Below are positions 1-12,800 of a DNA stretch of 64,000 bases, piece after piece. The DNA comes from Phaeosaccion multiseriatum (taxonomy: Eukaryota > Protista > Ochrophyta, other classes). The number at the start of each line of letters is the position of its first letter. Positions within the stretch are counted from its first letter, which is position 1. A program made the translations under genes and the position numbers. Location of the stretch: the NCBI GenBank assembly GCA_965112735.1, contig OZ218952.1:5208001-5272000 (forward strand), given 5' to 3'. The notes beneath the pieces are model-generated. The model was given only the letters and a program-made list of their open reading frames with translations. It was not told the origin of the DNA and made no database searches.

Positions 1-53
1 TCCCTCTTTCGCACCCATTCACTCACTCACGCAATGGGATCACGCACACACAG

Positions 54-3000
54 GGAGCGGCTGAAGGACTGGAAGGCCAAATTCGGAGGCAGGCATATGG
101 GCCTGTCCGTGGTGGAGCTGAGCGGCGATGTGACGCCCGACCTCGCTGCCCTGAAGCGCGCCACCATCATCATCACGACGCCCGAGAAGTGGGACGGCAT
201 CACGAGGGACTGGCGTAAGAGGCCGTATGTGGCGAGCACGGCGCTGGTTATCATCGACGAGATTCACCTGTTGGTAATACGCGATGGATGTTGGGTGTGG
301 TAATCTGTGATTTTACTTGTTGGCTTGGATGGGTGGTGCATGCAGTCGAGTGGTAAGGAGGTGGGGGAGACAACCGTAAGGGAGACCAACAACAACAGCA
401 ACAGCAATAAGCCGCACACGCACACGCACGCATGCACTACTCAGTCAGTCAGCGGGGGGAAGGGGGTGAGGGAGGGTTGCTGCCTGCGCCTGCTTTTGTT
501 GTGGTATGCCCCTTTTACACCACACCATACCGCTCCATGATGGATGGGATTCACAGGCTGTGAATGTGGCTTTATGACCAACTGCTGCAGGAGACGACTT
601 CGGGAACGAATGCGGCCGCCCTTTAACAACCCCCCCTACCTTCGCGTCCACTGCCATCCCCCCCTCCTTGCCCTCCTTTTGGCTTCTCTCTGCTCACGCA
701 CACACACACACACGCACACACACACACACACACTCGCACTCACGCACTCACGCACCCACCGACCCTCCAGGGCGAGGACAGAGGCCCTGTGCTCGAAGTG
801 ATTGTGTCTCGCATGAGGTTCATCGCCACGCAGACGCAGAAACCCATTCGCTTCGTGGGGCTCTCCACAGCGCTGGCCAACGCGCGAGACCTGGCGGACT
901 GGTTGGGCATACAGAACGAGGAGGGGCTGTACAATTTCAGGCCATCTGTAAGGCCCATCCCCTGCGAGGTGAGCAGGGGAGAGAATTACTCGGGCAATGC
1001 CAATAGGGGGGATGGCAGTGGATGGAGAGGGGGGTGATGGTGGAAGGAGTCTCCGCTTGCATGCCAGCTTCAGTTTCAGTTCCAGTTTCATTCCCTGCCA
1101 TCCACTGCCATCCCCTTCCACAGGTGCATATCGCGGGCTTCCCTGGCGAGCACTACTGCCCGCGTATGGCCACCATGAACAAGCCCACCTACGCCGCCAT
1201 CTGTGACCACTCGCCCGACAAGCCGGCCCTCGTGTTCGTGGCGTCGCGCAGACAGACGCGTCTCACTGCTCTGGACCTCATTAGCCTCTGCACAGCCGAC
1301 GAGAGGCCCAAGAAGTTCCTCAGAATGCCGGTGAGTAGCGTGCATTCAGAGGAGCGTGCATTCAGAGGAGCGTGCATTTGTGTGTTTGCGTGTATGTGCG
1401 TGTGCGTGTGCCTGTGTGTGTGTGCGTGTGCGTGTGCGTTTGTGTGTTTGCGTGTATGTGCGTGTGCGTGTGCGTGTGTGTGTGCGTGTGCGTGTGCGTG
1501 TGTGTGTGTGTGCATGCGTGACTTGGAGTTGGCACTCTTGCAGTCTCTTCCTCTCTCCCTCTCTCTCCCTCTCTCTCTCTCCTCTCTCTTTCTCCTGAGC
1601 ACTAACCACTGCCTCGCACCCTTCCCTGACCTGCCCCCCTCCCCCCACTACCACCCCCTCCAGGAGGAAGAGGTGGAGGCTATCGCATCTACGGTGAGGG
1701 ACAGCGCCCTCACGCACACGCTCGTGTTCGGTATCGGCATTCACCACGCGGGGCTCGATAAGCACGATCGTGACGTGGTGGAGCAACTCTTTTGCAGCGG
1801 GAAGATCCAGGTTAGATGTGACTGGAAGGAGGGTAGATGGCAGTGGACGGAGGGTAGATGGCACTGAAAGGAGGGCAGACGGGAGATATGGTACAGGAAG
1901 GCAGATGGCAGTGGAGGGATCAGAGGGCACATGGCAGTGAAAGGAGGGGCAGAGTAAAGATGGCAGGGCATGGAGGTTCGATGGCAGAGGGCCGGGGTTA
2001 GAGTGCAGAGGTAGAAGGCAGAGGGGTGGGTAGTGGTGCCGCTGACGGGTCGAGCTTGGGCTTTGGAGGCCAATTGTTGTGGCGACGCTCTGTTTTTGGT
2101 GTGGGGCACCGCAGGAGGGGCACGTGATTGATATGTTCTCTCTCCCTCTCCTTCTCTCCCTCCCCATATCTTCCTCTCTCTCTGCCTGTCTTCTCTCCCT
2201 CTGTCGCTCTCCCTCTTTGTCTGTCTTCACTCTGTCCCTCTCTTTGTCTTCTCTCACTCTCTCTCTCACTCTCTCTCTTCTCTCCCTCTCTCTCCCTCTC
2301 TCTCCCTCCACCTCTCCCTCTCTCTCTCCCTCTCTCTCTCTTCCTCTCTTTTCTCCGTCTCTCTCTTGTCTACCTCTCTATCTCGTCTCTCTCGTCCGTC
2401 TCTCTCTCTCTCCCTCTCTCTCTCTCTCTCCCCCTCCCTCACTCCCCCCTTCCCTCCTCCCTACGCACAGGTGCTCGTCTGCACCAGCACGCTCGCATGG
2501 GGCGTCAACTTCCCCGCCCACCTCGTTGTGGTCAAGGGCACCGAGTTCTTCGACGGCAAGCTCATGCGCTACAAAGACTTCCCCATCACGGATGTCCTGC
2601 AGATGATAGGGCGGGCGGGCAGACCGCAGTTCGATACCCACGCCGTCGCCGTCATCCTCGTGCAGGTGGGTGGAATTGGGGGGTGGAATTGGGGGGTTGG
2701 GGCTCCAAACTTGGGCTCCCAACTTTACCCTGTGGCGGGTGGGTTGTCGTGTGTCTGCTTGGCGAAGGGCGAAGGGCTGGCACATTATCCCTCGCTCTTC
2801 TGTGTTCACCCCTCAATCCATCCATTGCCATCCCCGTTCATCATCCCAGGAGGCGAAGAAGAACTTCTACCGCAAGTTTCTGTACCAGCCCTTCCCCGTG
2901 GAGTCTCAGCTCAAGGCCCACCTTCACAACCACATCAACGCCGAGGTGTGCGCCGGCACCATTAAGAGCCGCCCCGATGCTGTCGACTACCTCACCTGGA

Positions 3001-4628
3001 CGTACTTCTTCCGCCGCCTTCTCGTCAACCCAAGCTACTACGGACTCGAGGACCGCAGTCCAGAGAGCATCGAGCGCTTCCTCCTGGGCATTGTGGACGA
3101 AGTGGTGACGGACCTCGCCGCCTCGAGCTGCCTACGGGTGGTCGAGGAGGAGGATGGCAGTGGAGGGGGAGGGGAATGGGGCTTTCGGGCTCACTACGAG
3201 GCCCAGCTGGTGCCGACGGGCCTGGGCAAGATCGCCTCTTACTACTACGTGGACCACAAGACGGCGGGCATGGCAGCGGCCTGCTTCGGGGGAGGGGCGG
3301 GGATGCAGTCACAGCAGTTGGTGGTACGGCCGTCGCCGCACGAGCTCATCGTGCCGGAGCAGGGCTCGGCCAAGCAGCTAAAGCTCCCCCCGGCCTCTCG
3401 GATGGTTTCCGAGTTGTGCCGCGTGCTTGCGCAGGCCCACGAGTTCTCGGAGATGCCCGTGCGCTGCAATGAAGACAAGCTCAACGCTGACATGGCAGAG
3501 AGCTTGCCATGGGCCGTGGGTGACTACGAGCTGGACAGCCCGCATGTCAAGGCCTACTTGCTGCTGCAGGCGCACTTCGAGCGGCTGCCCCTGCCCATCA
3601 GTGACTACGGCACGGATACGCGGGGTGTGTTGGACCAGGCCACGCGTGTGCAGAACGCGCTCATCGATTGCGCCGCGGAGTGCGGCAAGCTGCGGTATGC
3701 GCTGGGCCTCATGCGCCTCAGTCAGATGGTGGTGCAGGCGTGCTGGGATGACCAGGACCCGCTCGAGTTGGCCGTGTTTGGGGGGGATGTAGCAGTTGGT
3801 GGTACGCCAGGGGCGTTGACAGAAGAGCACGAGGAGGAGGACAACAACCACAATAACGGGAGCGGTAGCGGCGGGAGGCGCGGTGACGGTCAGCGGAGGA
3901 AGGGTGTGATGAGTGCCCTGAGACGCCGCTACCAAGTGCCGCACCTTCGGGCCCTGCTGAGTCTCGCACGGGGGAGGAGGGAGGAGGTGTTGCGAGGGAG
4001 CGGCTTGCAGGCGAGGGCCGTGGGGAAGGCTATGCGAGCGCTGGCGGGCCTGCCGCTGCTCTCTGTCACCGCAGAGCTACTTCCGCCTGAAGCTCAGGAG
4101 GGTCAGGAGCAGGGCCAGGGTCGGAGGCGGCGAGTACGGGTGGTGCTCTCTCGCTTGGAGGGCACAGGGGAGGCCCAACTGCACTGCCCGCGCTTCCCCA
4201 AGGCCAAGGCGGGGCTGGGCTGCTGGCTCGTGCTCGCCCGGGGGGACTTTGGCAATAGCAGTGGAGGAGGAGGAGGAGGAGGAGGAGGAGGAGGAGGAGG
4301 AGGAGGAGGAGGAGGAGGAGGAGGAGGAGGAGGAGGAGGAGGAGGAGGAGGAGGAGGAGGAGGAGGAGGAGGAGATGAGAGCGCGATGACGGCGATGGCG
4401 GCTGCGCTGAGCTGCTCGAAGGGCGAGGGCCCTGTGCAGCTTCTGGCGGTCAAGAGGCTTGGGGGACTCAAGGCCCTCACGCAGACGCACGAGCTGACCT
4501 TCAGGGAAGTCAGGGAAGAAGAACACGGAGAAGGAGAGGGAGAAGGGCGGGGGGCGAGGGGGGCGCTGTTCGTAGTGACGGACGGAGCCATCGGATTGGA
4601 CATACACACCTCTCTCCCGCTGCGGTAG
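54..4628 (+). CDS. ASCC3: Activating signal cointegrator 1 complex subunit 3 / Slh1-like Ski2-type helicase, 3' part (second helicase cassette + Sec63 domain); 5' end lies outside the window. Exons approx. 54-273, 771-968, 1124-1330, 1664-1810, 2471-2665, 2850-4628
   Basis: The spliced translation gives [140 protein letters not shown] and a Sec63-like [10 protein letters not shown] boundaries keep the frame. Confidence 0.93.
4263..4373 (+). repeat. (GGA)37 trinucleotide repeat, in frame in the last ASCC3 exon (poly-Gly)
   Basis: Pure GGA run counted directly; the ORF continues on both sides. Confidence 0.95.
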
Positions 4629-5477
4629 AGAGAAATCGGTCGTGCTCTCTCCTGCTGCGGTAGGTAGGGCCCTCTCTGTAGGCAGAAAGGTGTGAGAGGG
4701 CTGAGCGACCTTCAACAGTTGGTGATACATCTGGCCACTCTAGCCACGAGTAATGAATTCAAACGACTCATGTTTGTTTTTTTGCTCTGCCCCTTAATTT
4801 TAGAATTAATTGCACCAAAAGCACGGCCCCCCCTTCCTATCGCTCCGCTCCCAAAGTAACAACGCTTTTGAGCGTTCTCCGTCCCCCGCCGCATGTGTTA
4901 ATATGTAACGGCTCGTCTCTCTCTTGTAAGCACATGTATGCTACACTAAAGCCCTCAAACTCAAACTAAAGGCACGCCCCCGCGCCCGCCCCACATATCT
5001 CTCTCCAGCCCCCCTGAAAACTTCAATGCCCACCCCCCCCCCCCCCCTCCTAATGAAGCTAAATTCGTCTTCCAACTACAGAATGCCCCAAAGTGCCCTG
5101 TAAGTCATAAATCCCTCCAGGACAGTCCCCCCTCCCCTGACTAAACTAAACATAAGCTACACCCCCCTTTCCCATCGCTAGCACTACTAAGCTCCCCGAG
5201 CAAACTAAGAAGGTCCCCCAAGAAGGGCCACCAAGCAAGGCCCGGAGCCCCTCTTCTACACAGCCCCATCAGCAAGCAAAACCCTAGCTGCTGTCTTCCG
5301 AATCGAAGAAACCCCCTCAAGCCTTCCTTCCCTCTCAGCTCCTATGCGCATGCCACCTCCCCTCCACAACGCCCTTCACAAGGCGCGTCGATCTCTCTCG
5401 TGCTCCAGGCCCAGCCAGCAGCAGCACCCAGCCACGCCCGTCCGCTACCATCCACTCTACCCCTCCCAGCTAGCTAG

Positions 5478-6845
5478 CTACTCCTCCTCCCAGGCGCTGT
5501 CGAGGCGAGCCACAAAGTCCGTCCCCCAGGGGCCGTCCACGACGTAGTCCTCGTCCTTGGAGGAGGACAGGATGAGGTCCCTCTCCCTGTCGAGGGCATG
5601 CCCAGAGCTGTCGCGTTTCAGGCTCTGAGTCTCTCCCATGACCCCGCTCCAGCGCTCCACGCCGATGTCATTGGGCTTGTGGATGAAACCAACGTCGAGC
5701 ACATGGGCGTAGCAGCGCTCAATCTCCTGGCGGTAGTCCACCTGGAAGGAGTACGTGTCGGTGAAGATGTAAACGCTCGCCCACGACCCGGGCTCCGTGA
5801 AGAGATTCCTCTTGACGCGCTTGTCTGCGATCCACTCTTCACAAAGGGTCCTATCCTCGGCCCTGTGCAGGCGAGACTCCACAGCCAGCAGCGCCGCAAG
5901 GTCGTCATCCACTGCCATCTCCGAGAGACGGCGACCGAGAGTGGAGGCTTTGAGCCTCTCCGCCTCGTTGAGCTCTTCCATCATGTGGATGTCGCGCTTG
6001 ACCTGACAGGGGCCGTACGCGTTAAAGGCCATGACCGTGCCGCCGTTGGCCATGCGGTAGAGCCCCGGCTTGACAATGTGCTTGTCCTCGATGGTGACTC
6101 CCAGAGAGCCGTAGCCCAGGATTTGCTCGGCACGGGGTGTGAGCTCCTCCCCCTGGATGTAGTCTGGGTTGTACTTTTCCACGTCTATGACCTCCACCAG
6201 CGCTCTCGACGACGCAGCCGTGCCCGCCCCTCCAAGGAGAGCGGTCTTGTCATCCCCGTCCAGAGGGGGGGGGAAGGTAAAGGCCAAGGCGGTGGCGTAT
6301 GTCTGTGTGCGTGCGTGCGGTTGTGTGTTTGCAAAGGAAAGGTGATGACGGGTTCATGAGTCAGAGGGGGGCAAGCCAAAGAGTCTGGCTAATGGAAGAG
6401 AGAGAAGAGACCGACAAGTCAAGCGCGAGACCGCCGCCGAGGGAAAAGAATAGCGAGTGAGGAACTATGGTGGTCGGCCAGTACTTGACCGAGAGGGGTG
6501 GCACTGGTATAGGGTGCCATCCACCATCCCCAGGCAAGGCAAGAGGGCACAGGCAGGACTCATACGAAGCACCATGCAAGGAGGCCTCTCCACCCTGTCA
6601 CTGGCTGATTGTCTCGGGAGCTCAAGTGCTCAGATTCGACGACGAGTCCCCCCAATACCGCCGCATCTCTTGACTCACCGGCTGAGCGCCGTTCTCGCAG
6701 GAGGGGAAGACGGACAGCCTCCAGTTCAACTGCAAGTGCCTCTCCGCCAAGGCAGCGTACCAAGCGTTGTGGGCTCCCTTGAAGAGGAAGATTTGCTGCT
6801 TGAAGCCGAAAACCATCGGGTCTCCTTCCATCTGGCCATCCTCGT
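5478..6845 (-). CDS. C-terminal domain exons of the surface protein (6845-6679 and ~6302-5478): GDP-type VWD / Root-cap-like domain
   Basis: The N-terminal motif EGDPMVFGFKQQIFLFKG..AWYAAL...LQLN and C-terminal SGVMGET...DEDYVVDGPWGTDF resemble, from my recall of the family, the GDP(H)-initiated VWD/Root_cap-like domains of algal secreted proteins. The last exon is an uninterrupted ~270-codon ORF. Confidence 0.65.
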
Positions 6846-9800
6846 CTGAAAGCAAGCACAACCACAGTCGTCCAAATATGTAAGAATGAGTGAGAGGGAG
6901 AGATATCAACCTTAGCTAGTCAGTAGAGTATTACACATCACCAGCCAGGGCAATACAGTCAGTCCTGTGATGTTTCAAAGGATATCTTCCTCACCACAGG
7001 TAGTGACAGCAGCCTGGTCCGCGTTGGCCACAGAAGGGCAGCTGGAAGGAGCAGAGGAAGCAAAGAGGCCAGAGAGAAGGGAGGTGAAGCAGTGTGAGCT
7101 CCTCCACGGAAGCAGGAAGACACCAGGCAGGGCACTTGGCCACACACAGGAGGGAGCCGGCAAAGTCACAAACCCGCAGGCACGGGAAAACTTGACAAGC
7201 AGGGGGCGACGATGCCATGACAGAGAGACGCTGGGGGGGGCACATTCACGCAAACTCGCTCCTTACTTGTCACAAGCGTCTCCGACTCCGTCTTCATCGG
7301 CATCCTCTTGCTTGGGGTTGTCTACGTCAGGGCAGCTGCGAGGACCAAGGAGCAACAAGCAAGGAGAGAGATTTCAAAGGGAGCGAGACGCTGGGGGGGT
7401 AGCTGGCTACACGCACGCAATCAGAACGCACACACATTCCCACTTGGCCACACACAGGAGGGAGCCGGCCAAGTCACAAACCCGCACGCACGGGAAAACT
7501 TGACGAGCAGGGGGCGACGATGCCATGACAGAGAGACGCTGGGGGGTGCACATTCACGCAAGCTCTCTCCTTACTTGTCACAAGCGTCTCCAACTCCGTC
7601 TTCATCGGCATCCTCTTGGTTGGGGTTGCCTACGTCAGGGCAGCTGCGAGGACCAAGGAGCAACAAGGAGAGGGAGACAATGTAGTCGCTCAGTGTGTCG
7701 ACCCTCTACAGGGAGACGCTGGGGGGGGACACGCACACAATCAGCACGCCCACACATACGCACACTATCTTCATTCCCACTCCAGCCAGTCGGTCCACAG
7801 TTTAGAACACTTACTTGTCGAGATGGTCTGCAGTGCCGTCCTCGTCGATGTCTGCCAGTACGAGACGCCGGGGCAGGAGGAGACGGGGAGCGACCCAGCA
7901 GCAAAAGACGAGAGAAAAGTGGGTCAGACTATGGTAGAGCACCTCAAGTACAAGAATTCGAGGTGCTCGCTCACTGTGGGATGAAAAGCAGCAGATAATA
8001 AAGCGGGACAGCAGACAAGGAGGGGACAGCAAATAGACGGCCCATGGAAGGAGACTCTTCCATGGGTTGCTCCAAGGCCCCCTTGCTCTACTCAGCACTT
8101 TCTCTGCAGGTACAGAACATGAACGGATCGCCCTCACCACATTCAATAACGCGCGCAGGGCTTCGCGCGTGCCGAAGAGTCGCACGAGTCGAGCAGACAG
8201 GGGGGAGGGGGGTTGTGGAGCGAAACAAACCAGACAGAGAAAAAAAGTGAGCTTCCTTGCTTGAACGGGCGAGTGAGGGAGTACGGTACAGCGTGCAATG
8301 GCACACACACACACATACACTTGTATGGGCGAGCGCAGCAAGGGAGGAAATGACCATCAAGGGATGACCGTGCCGGGCATTGAGGAGCGGATACACGCGC
8401 ACACTGCATCGAGCTTTGCTTCGGGCTTGATGACTTACCACCCGACGCCAGTGCAGCACGCTGTTCCTGTCGTTGTCTGAACCTGAGAATACGCCATTCG
8501 ACAAAAGTACAACAGTGAGGACGGGAGCTCGATGCAGGCATCACCTTCCTGCAACAAACAGCACAGTCCCAAGTCAAATGACACCCGTTACTGCACTCCT
8601 TACATCTCACCCCCTCCTCGCGCACGCACCTCAAGGGGAGGATCCCCCTTGTCGTCGTCACAGGAGCCGGCCACAACACACGTGGCCCGGGAGTGCCCGA
8701 ACAGCCAAACAACCTGCAGAGGTGACGGATGGGTGCAGCGAGGCCAGAAAAGGCAAGAGGAGGGAGGGTCGCGGGGGTGGGAAATACACCATTTAGACTC
8801 CTCATTCTAGTGTCCCTCCGGTCGTGCCTTCGATCGCCTCCCGCATGCCCTCTTTCTTTCCATGTCAGCCAGCCACATCTTGGCAAGCAAATGCAGCTCA
8901 TCTCAGCCAGCATCCGTAGCAGGTGCTTTGCGCGTGAGGATCAAATTATGCACAAAGGTTGCGGCAAGCTGCGCTGAGCGGCGAGTGAGCTTCAAAGCTT
9001 GACTTGCTTACGCCCCAACCCCCCCCCCCTTGTTTCATTGAAAAGCAACGACTTACCAAGCAAGCCAATGAAGCGCTGCACGTCAGCTCCGCCGTGCAGT
9101 CCCCCTCCTCTATTCCTCCCCCCGAGAGGCAAACATCCGCGGCCTGGTGGTGGCAACGAAGTCGAGACAAAGCCACCGTGCATTGTATGAACACAGATGC
9201 GGAGAGGCAATCAAAGCACGCAGGCAGGCAATGAGCGGGGGGGAGGATTCATGAGGCAGACTCTGTCGCTCGGAGGCCGGACCAGCAGGCGTGCAAAAAG
9301 TCCAAGCATAGATGCGTTGGCTTGCGCAGACAACAGCCAAAACAAGTCTGTTCATGGGAACAAGGGGCAGCACGCGTGTTGAGATGCGGTGCAGCTCGGC
9401 CGGTTGTGGCCTTGCCATGAGGAAAGGAAGGAAGTCACAAATTCACAGCAAAGAAGCCTCGGGGAGAACGGGAGGAAGGGCACCGGCAGTGACGAGTCTC
9501 AGGCGGCAACAGATGGAAAAGGAGGCCAGCAGGAGGGTGCGGCGGTGCTGGCTGCTGTACATGTACAGTCAGCCAAGAGAAGAGAGCGACACTTACATAG
9601 CACGAAAAAGCAGCTTCGCAAGTAGCCTTTGAGTCGTCGAGGAAGGATGTTTGCTGTGATGTACGGGGTGGTGCGATGCGTGCAGAGAGCGGTAGGGGGG
9701 TTAGTTCAAGGCCAATCAGCCCACACCGGAAAGTAAGAGGAGTGAGGAAAAACATGAAGAACGCAAGCAACTAGTGGTGTGGAGGAGGAGGGAGCGGGGC

Positions 9801-12800
9801 GCCCACAAAACAAGTCGAGCAACTACAGCATCTCCATCTACTCGTCTCCCCCCAAACCCCTCCCCCTGAGACAAGAAGCAAAGAAGCCTCAGGGAGAAAG
9901 GGAGGAAGGGCACCAGGAGTTTAAATCTCAGGCGGTGGGAGAGATGGAAAAGGAGGCCAGCAGGAGGGTGCGGCGGTGCTGCTCTACATGTACAGTCAGC
10001 CAAGAGAAGAGAGCGACACTTACTTGGCAAGCATACCCCCCACTGCAGGTAGCACTTGAGGTGCTGAGAAAGGATGCTTCCTGCGATGTACGGGGTGGTG
10101 CGATGCGTGCAGAGGGCGGTAGGGGGAGTGAGTTCAAGCAAGGCCAATCAGCCCACACCGGAAAGTAAGAGGAGTGAGGAAAAAAATGAAGAACGCAAGC
10201 AACTAGTGGTGGAGGAGGAGGGAGCGGGGCGCCCACACACAAGTCGAGTAACTACAGCACCTCCATCTACTCGTCTCCCCCCAAACCCCTCCCCCTGAGA
10301 CAACAAGAAGCAAAGAAGGAAAGGGAGGAAGGGAGGAAGGGCACCGGCAGTGACGAGTCTCAGGCGGCACCATATGGAAAAGGAGGCCAGCAGGAGGGTT
10401 CGGCGGTGCTGCTGTACATATAAAGTCAGCAAGAAGAAGAGAGCGACACTTACTTGGCAAGCCCTCTCCCCACTGCAGGTAGCCTTTGAGTCGTCGAGGA
10501 AGGATGCGGACTGCGATGTACGGGGTGGTGCGATGCGTGTGAGGGCGGTAGGGGTTAGTTCAAGGCCAATCAGCCCACACCGGAAAGTAAGAGGAGTGAG
10601 GAAAAAAATGAAGAACGCAAGCAACTAGTGGTGTGGAGGAGGAGGGAGCGGGGCGCCCACACACAAGTCGAGCAACTACAGCATCTCCATCTACTCGTCT
10701 CCCCCCAAACCCCTCCCCCTGAGACAAGAAGCAAAGAAGCCTCCGGGAGAATGGGAGGAAGGGCACCGGCAGTGACGAGTCTCAGGCAGTGGGAGAGATG
10801 GATAACAACACGCCAGCAGCTAGGAGGATGCCGCGGTTGGTGGAGGCGTACATCTAGCTATAGCCCGAGGAAGATAAAGAGACTTACCGCACACGAATAA
10901 GACTCACTACCCGTACAGGTAGCTTTTGAGGTGCCGAGGAAGGATGCAAACTGCGATGTGCAGGGGAAGAGCACATGGGGTGGTGCGATGCATATGGGCA
11001 GGGGGGGAGTGAGTTCAAGCAAGGCCAATCAGCCCACACCGGAAAGTAAGGGAACTGAGGAAGGCTTTAGCTAGGCTAGCCGACGACAAATGAAGAATGC
11101 AAGCAACTAGTTTTGAGGGAGGGAACGGGACAGCCCATACACGTCGAGCAACTACAAGCAACATCTCGGGGGGGGGCGGGCAGAGTTGTTAGGGCTAATC
11201 CATTTCTCGTCTCCCCATCATCCCCTCGAGATCCAAGAACTGGCCAGCCAGCAGTAGTGCTCTTTGGATGGAGAGCGAGCTGGAAAGGGCTTCACGTCAC
11301 CGACTCACCTGACACGCCCTTTCGCCGCTGCACTCCACTTCGCAGTCCTGCAAGGCGAGCAAAGAGCAGCAAGCAACAGGATGGTCATGGCATGAGGTGA
11401 CACGTTGGAGGGATTCCAATGACGCCATCCACGACGTTTGATGGGCATTAGTCTGGTCAAGTCAAAGTACCCAAAAGAAGTCCTGGACTTTCGACAAACG
11501 CAGGCCAGCGACAGGCAGACGAAGCGAGGGGCGGTGCAGACATCAATATTGGCGATGACCATACACAAGTCTGTGTTGACAAGAGCAGAAGAGAGCAGTG
11601 AAAAGGGTGAAGTCTGATGCTTAGACTTACGTTAAATGTCTTAGACTGGAAGAGCCGCGAAGGACGAGAAGCGTTGTCCACGTCCGCAGCACCCACGGAC
11701 GGGGGGGGGGGTGGGAGGTTGCCCAGTCCCGGCGGTACAAGGATGGGGGCGAAGGGGGGCGAGGGTCCCACCAGCCCAGCAAGCAGGAGTGAGACGCGCC
11801 ATGAAGTCAAGGGACAGCAGCCAGTGTTAGGAAGGGGACGAGGGAGACCAGAGAGCGGAGCCGGAGAAGCCCGTGCATGGCCAAGGGCAGGGCAAGGAAG
11901 GGGGTGGGAGGGTAGCTAGGGAAATCGAGCAGAGGAGGAACGCACAGATGAAGCACAGAGGAGTGAGTCTCTCGCCCGCTATGCCACTACCCCACACCCT
12001 TCACTCACGCACAAGCAAGCCGCTCCTCACAGACAGGTTTCAATTCCACCACTCTTCACTGCCTGCCTGAAGAAGCGCAGAGCACGAAGGTCAAGACCAG
12101 CAGCTGCCTGGGGAGGAGCAGCAAGGCAGGGGCACACGGGCAGCCCCTCCTACGTAGCGCAGACATGCTGCGCTCGGACGGACCTGACATGCTCCATTGG
12201 AAGCGTCGTCGCAAATGACGGGGGAGGCGCAGTCGGAGCAAGTATCGCCGTCTATGGTTCCTCTTGCATCCCCACATATGTCAGCAAAGGCTGAGGCACA
12301 TGACGCCCAGTGGCAGTGAGAACGGTAGAAAGGTAAGAGGGGAGCGAGCTTAGATGCCAGCAAACAAGGTGCGTGGGCGAGCAGGGGCAAAACCGCAATA
12401 CTAGACGCTGGAGGCCACGCAACCTAAGTCAGTAGAGCATTACACATCACCAGCCAGGGCAATACATCCCTTGCTCACCACAGTTAATAGGGACAATATC
12501 CTGGTCCGCGTTGGCCACAAAAGGGCAGCTGGAAGGAGCAGAGGAAGCAAAGAGGCCAGAGAGAAGGGAGGTGTAGTCAGCGCGAGCTCCTCCACGGAAG
12601 CAGGAAGACACCAGGCAGGGCACTTGGCCACACACAGGAGGGAGCCGGCCAAGTCACAAACCCGCACGCACGGGAAAACTTGACAGGCAGGGGGCGACGA
12701 TGCCATGACAGAGAGACGCTGGGGGGGGGGCACATTCACGCAAACTCGCTCCTTACTTGTCACAAGCGTCTCCAACTCCGTCTCCATCGGCATCCTCTTG

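Noticed and set aside
1346-3108. Long ORFs rich in SL/ER/HT/CV dipeptides here and throughout the window
   Set aside because: They are translations of intronic (CT)n/(CA)n/(GAGG)n microsatellites or antisense shadows of real exons.
7815-7885. Apparent frameshift in a TSP3-like segment (SCPGVSY vs ADIDEDG)
   Set aside because: Resolved by an internal acceptor (ggcag|AC ATC GAC...) giving a 37-nt phase 1-to-2 exon; not a lesion.
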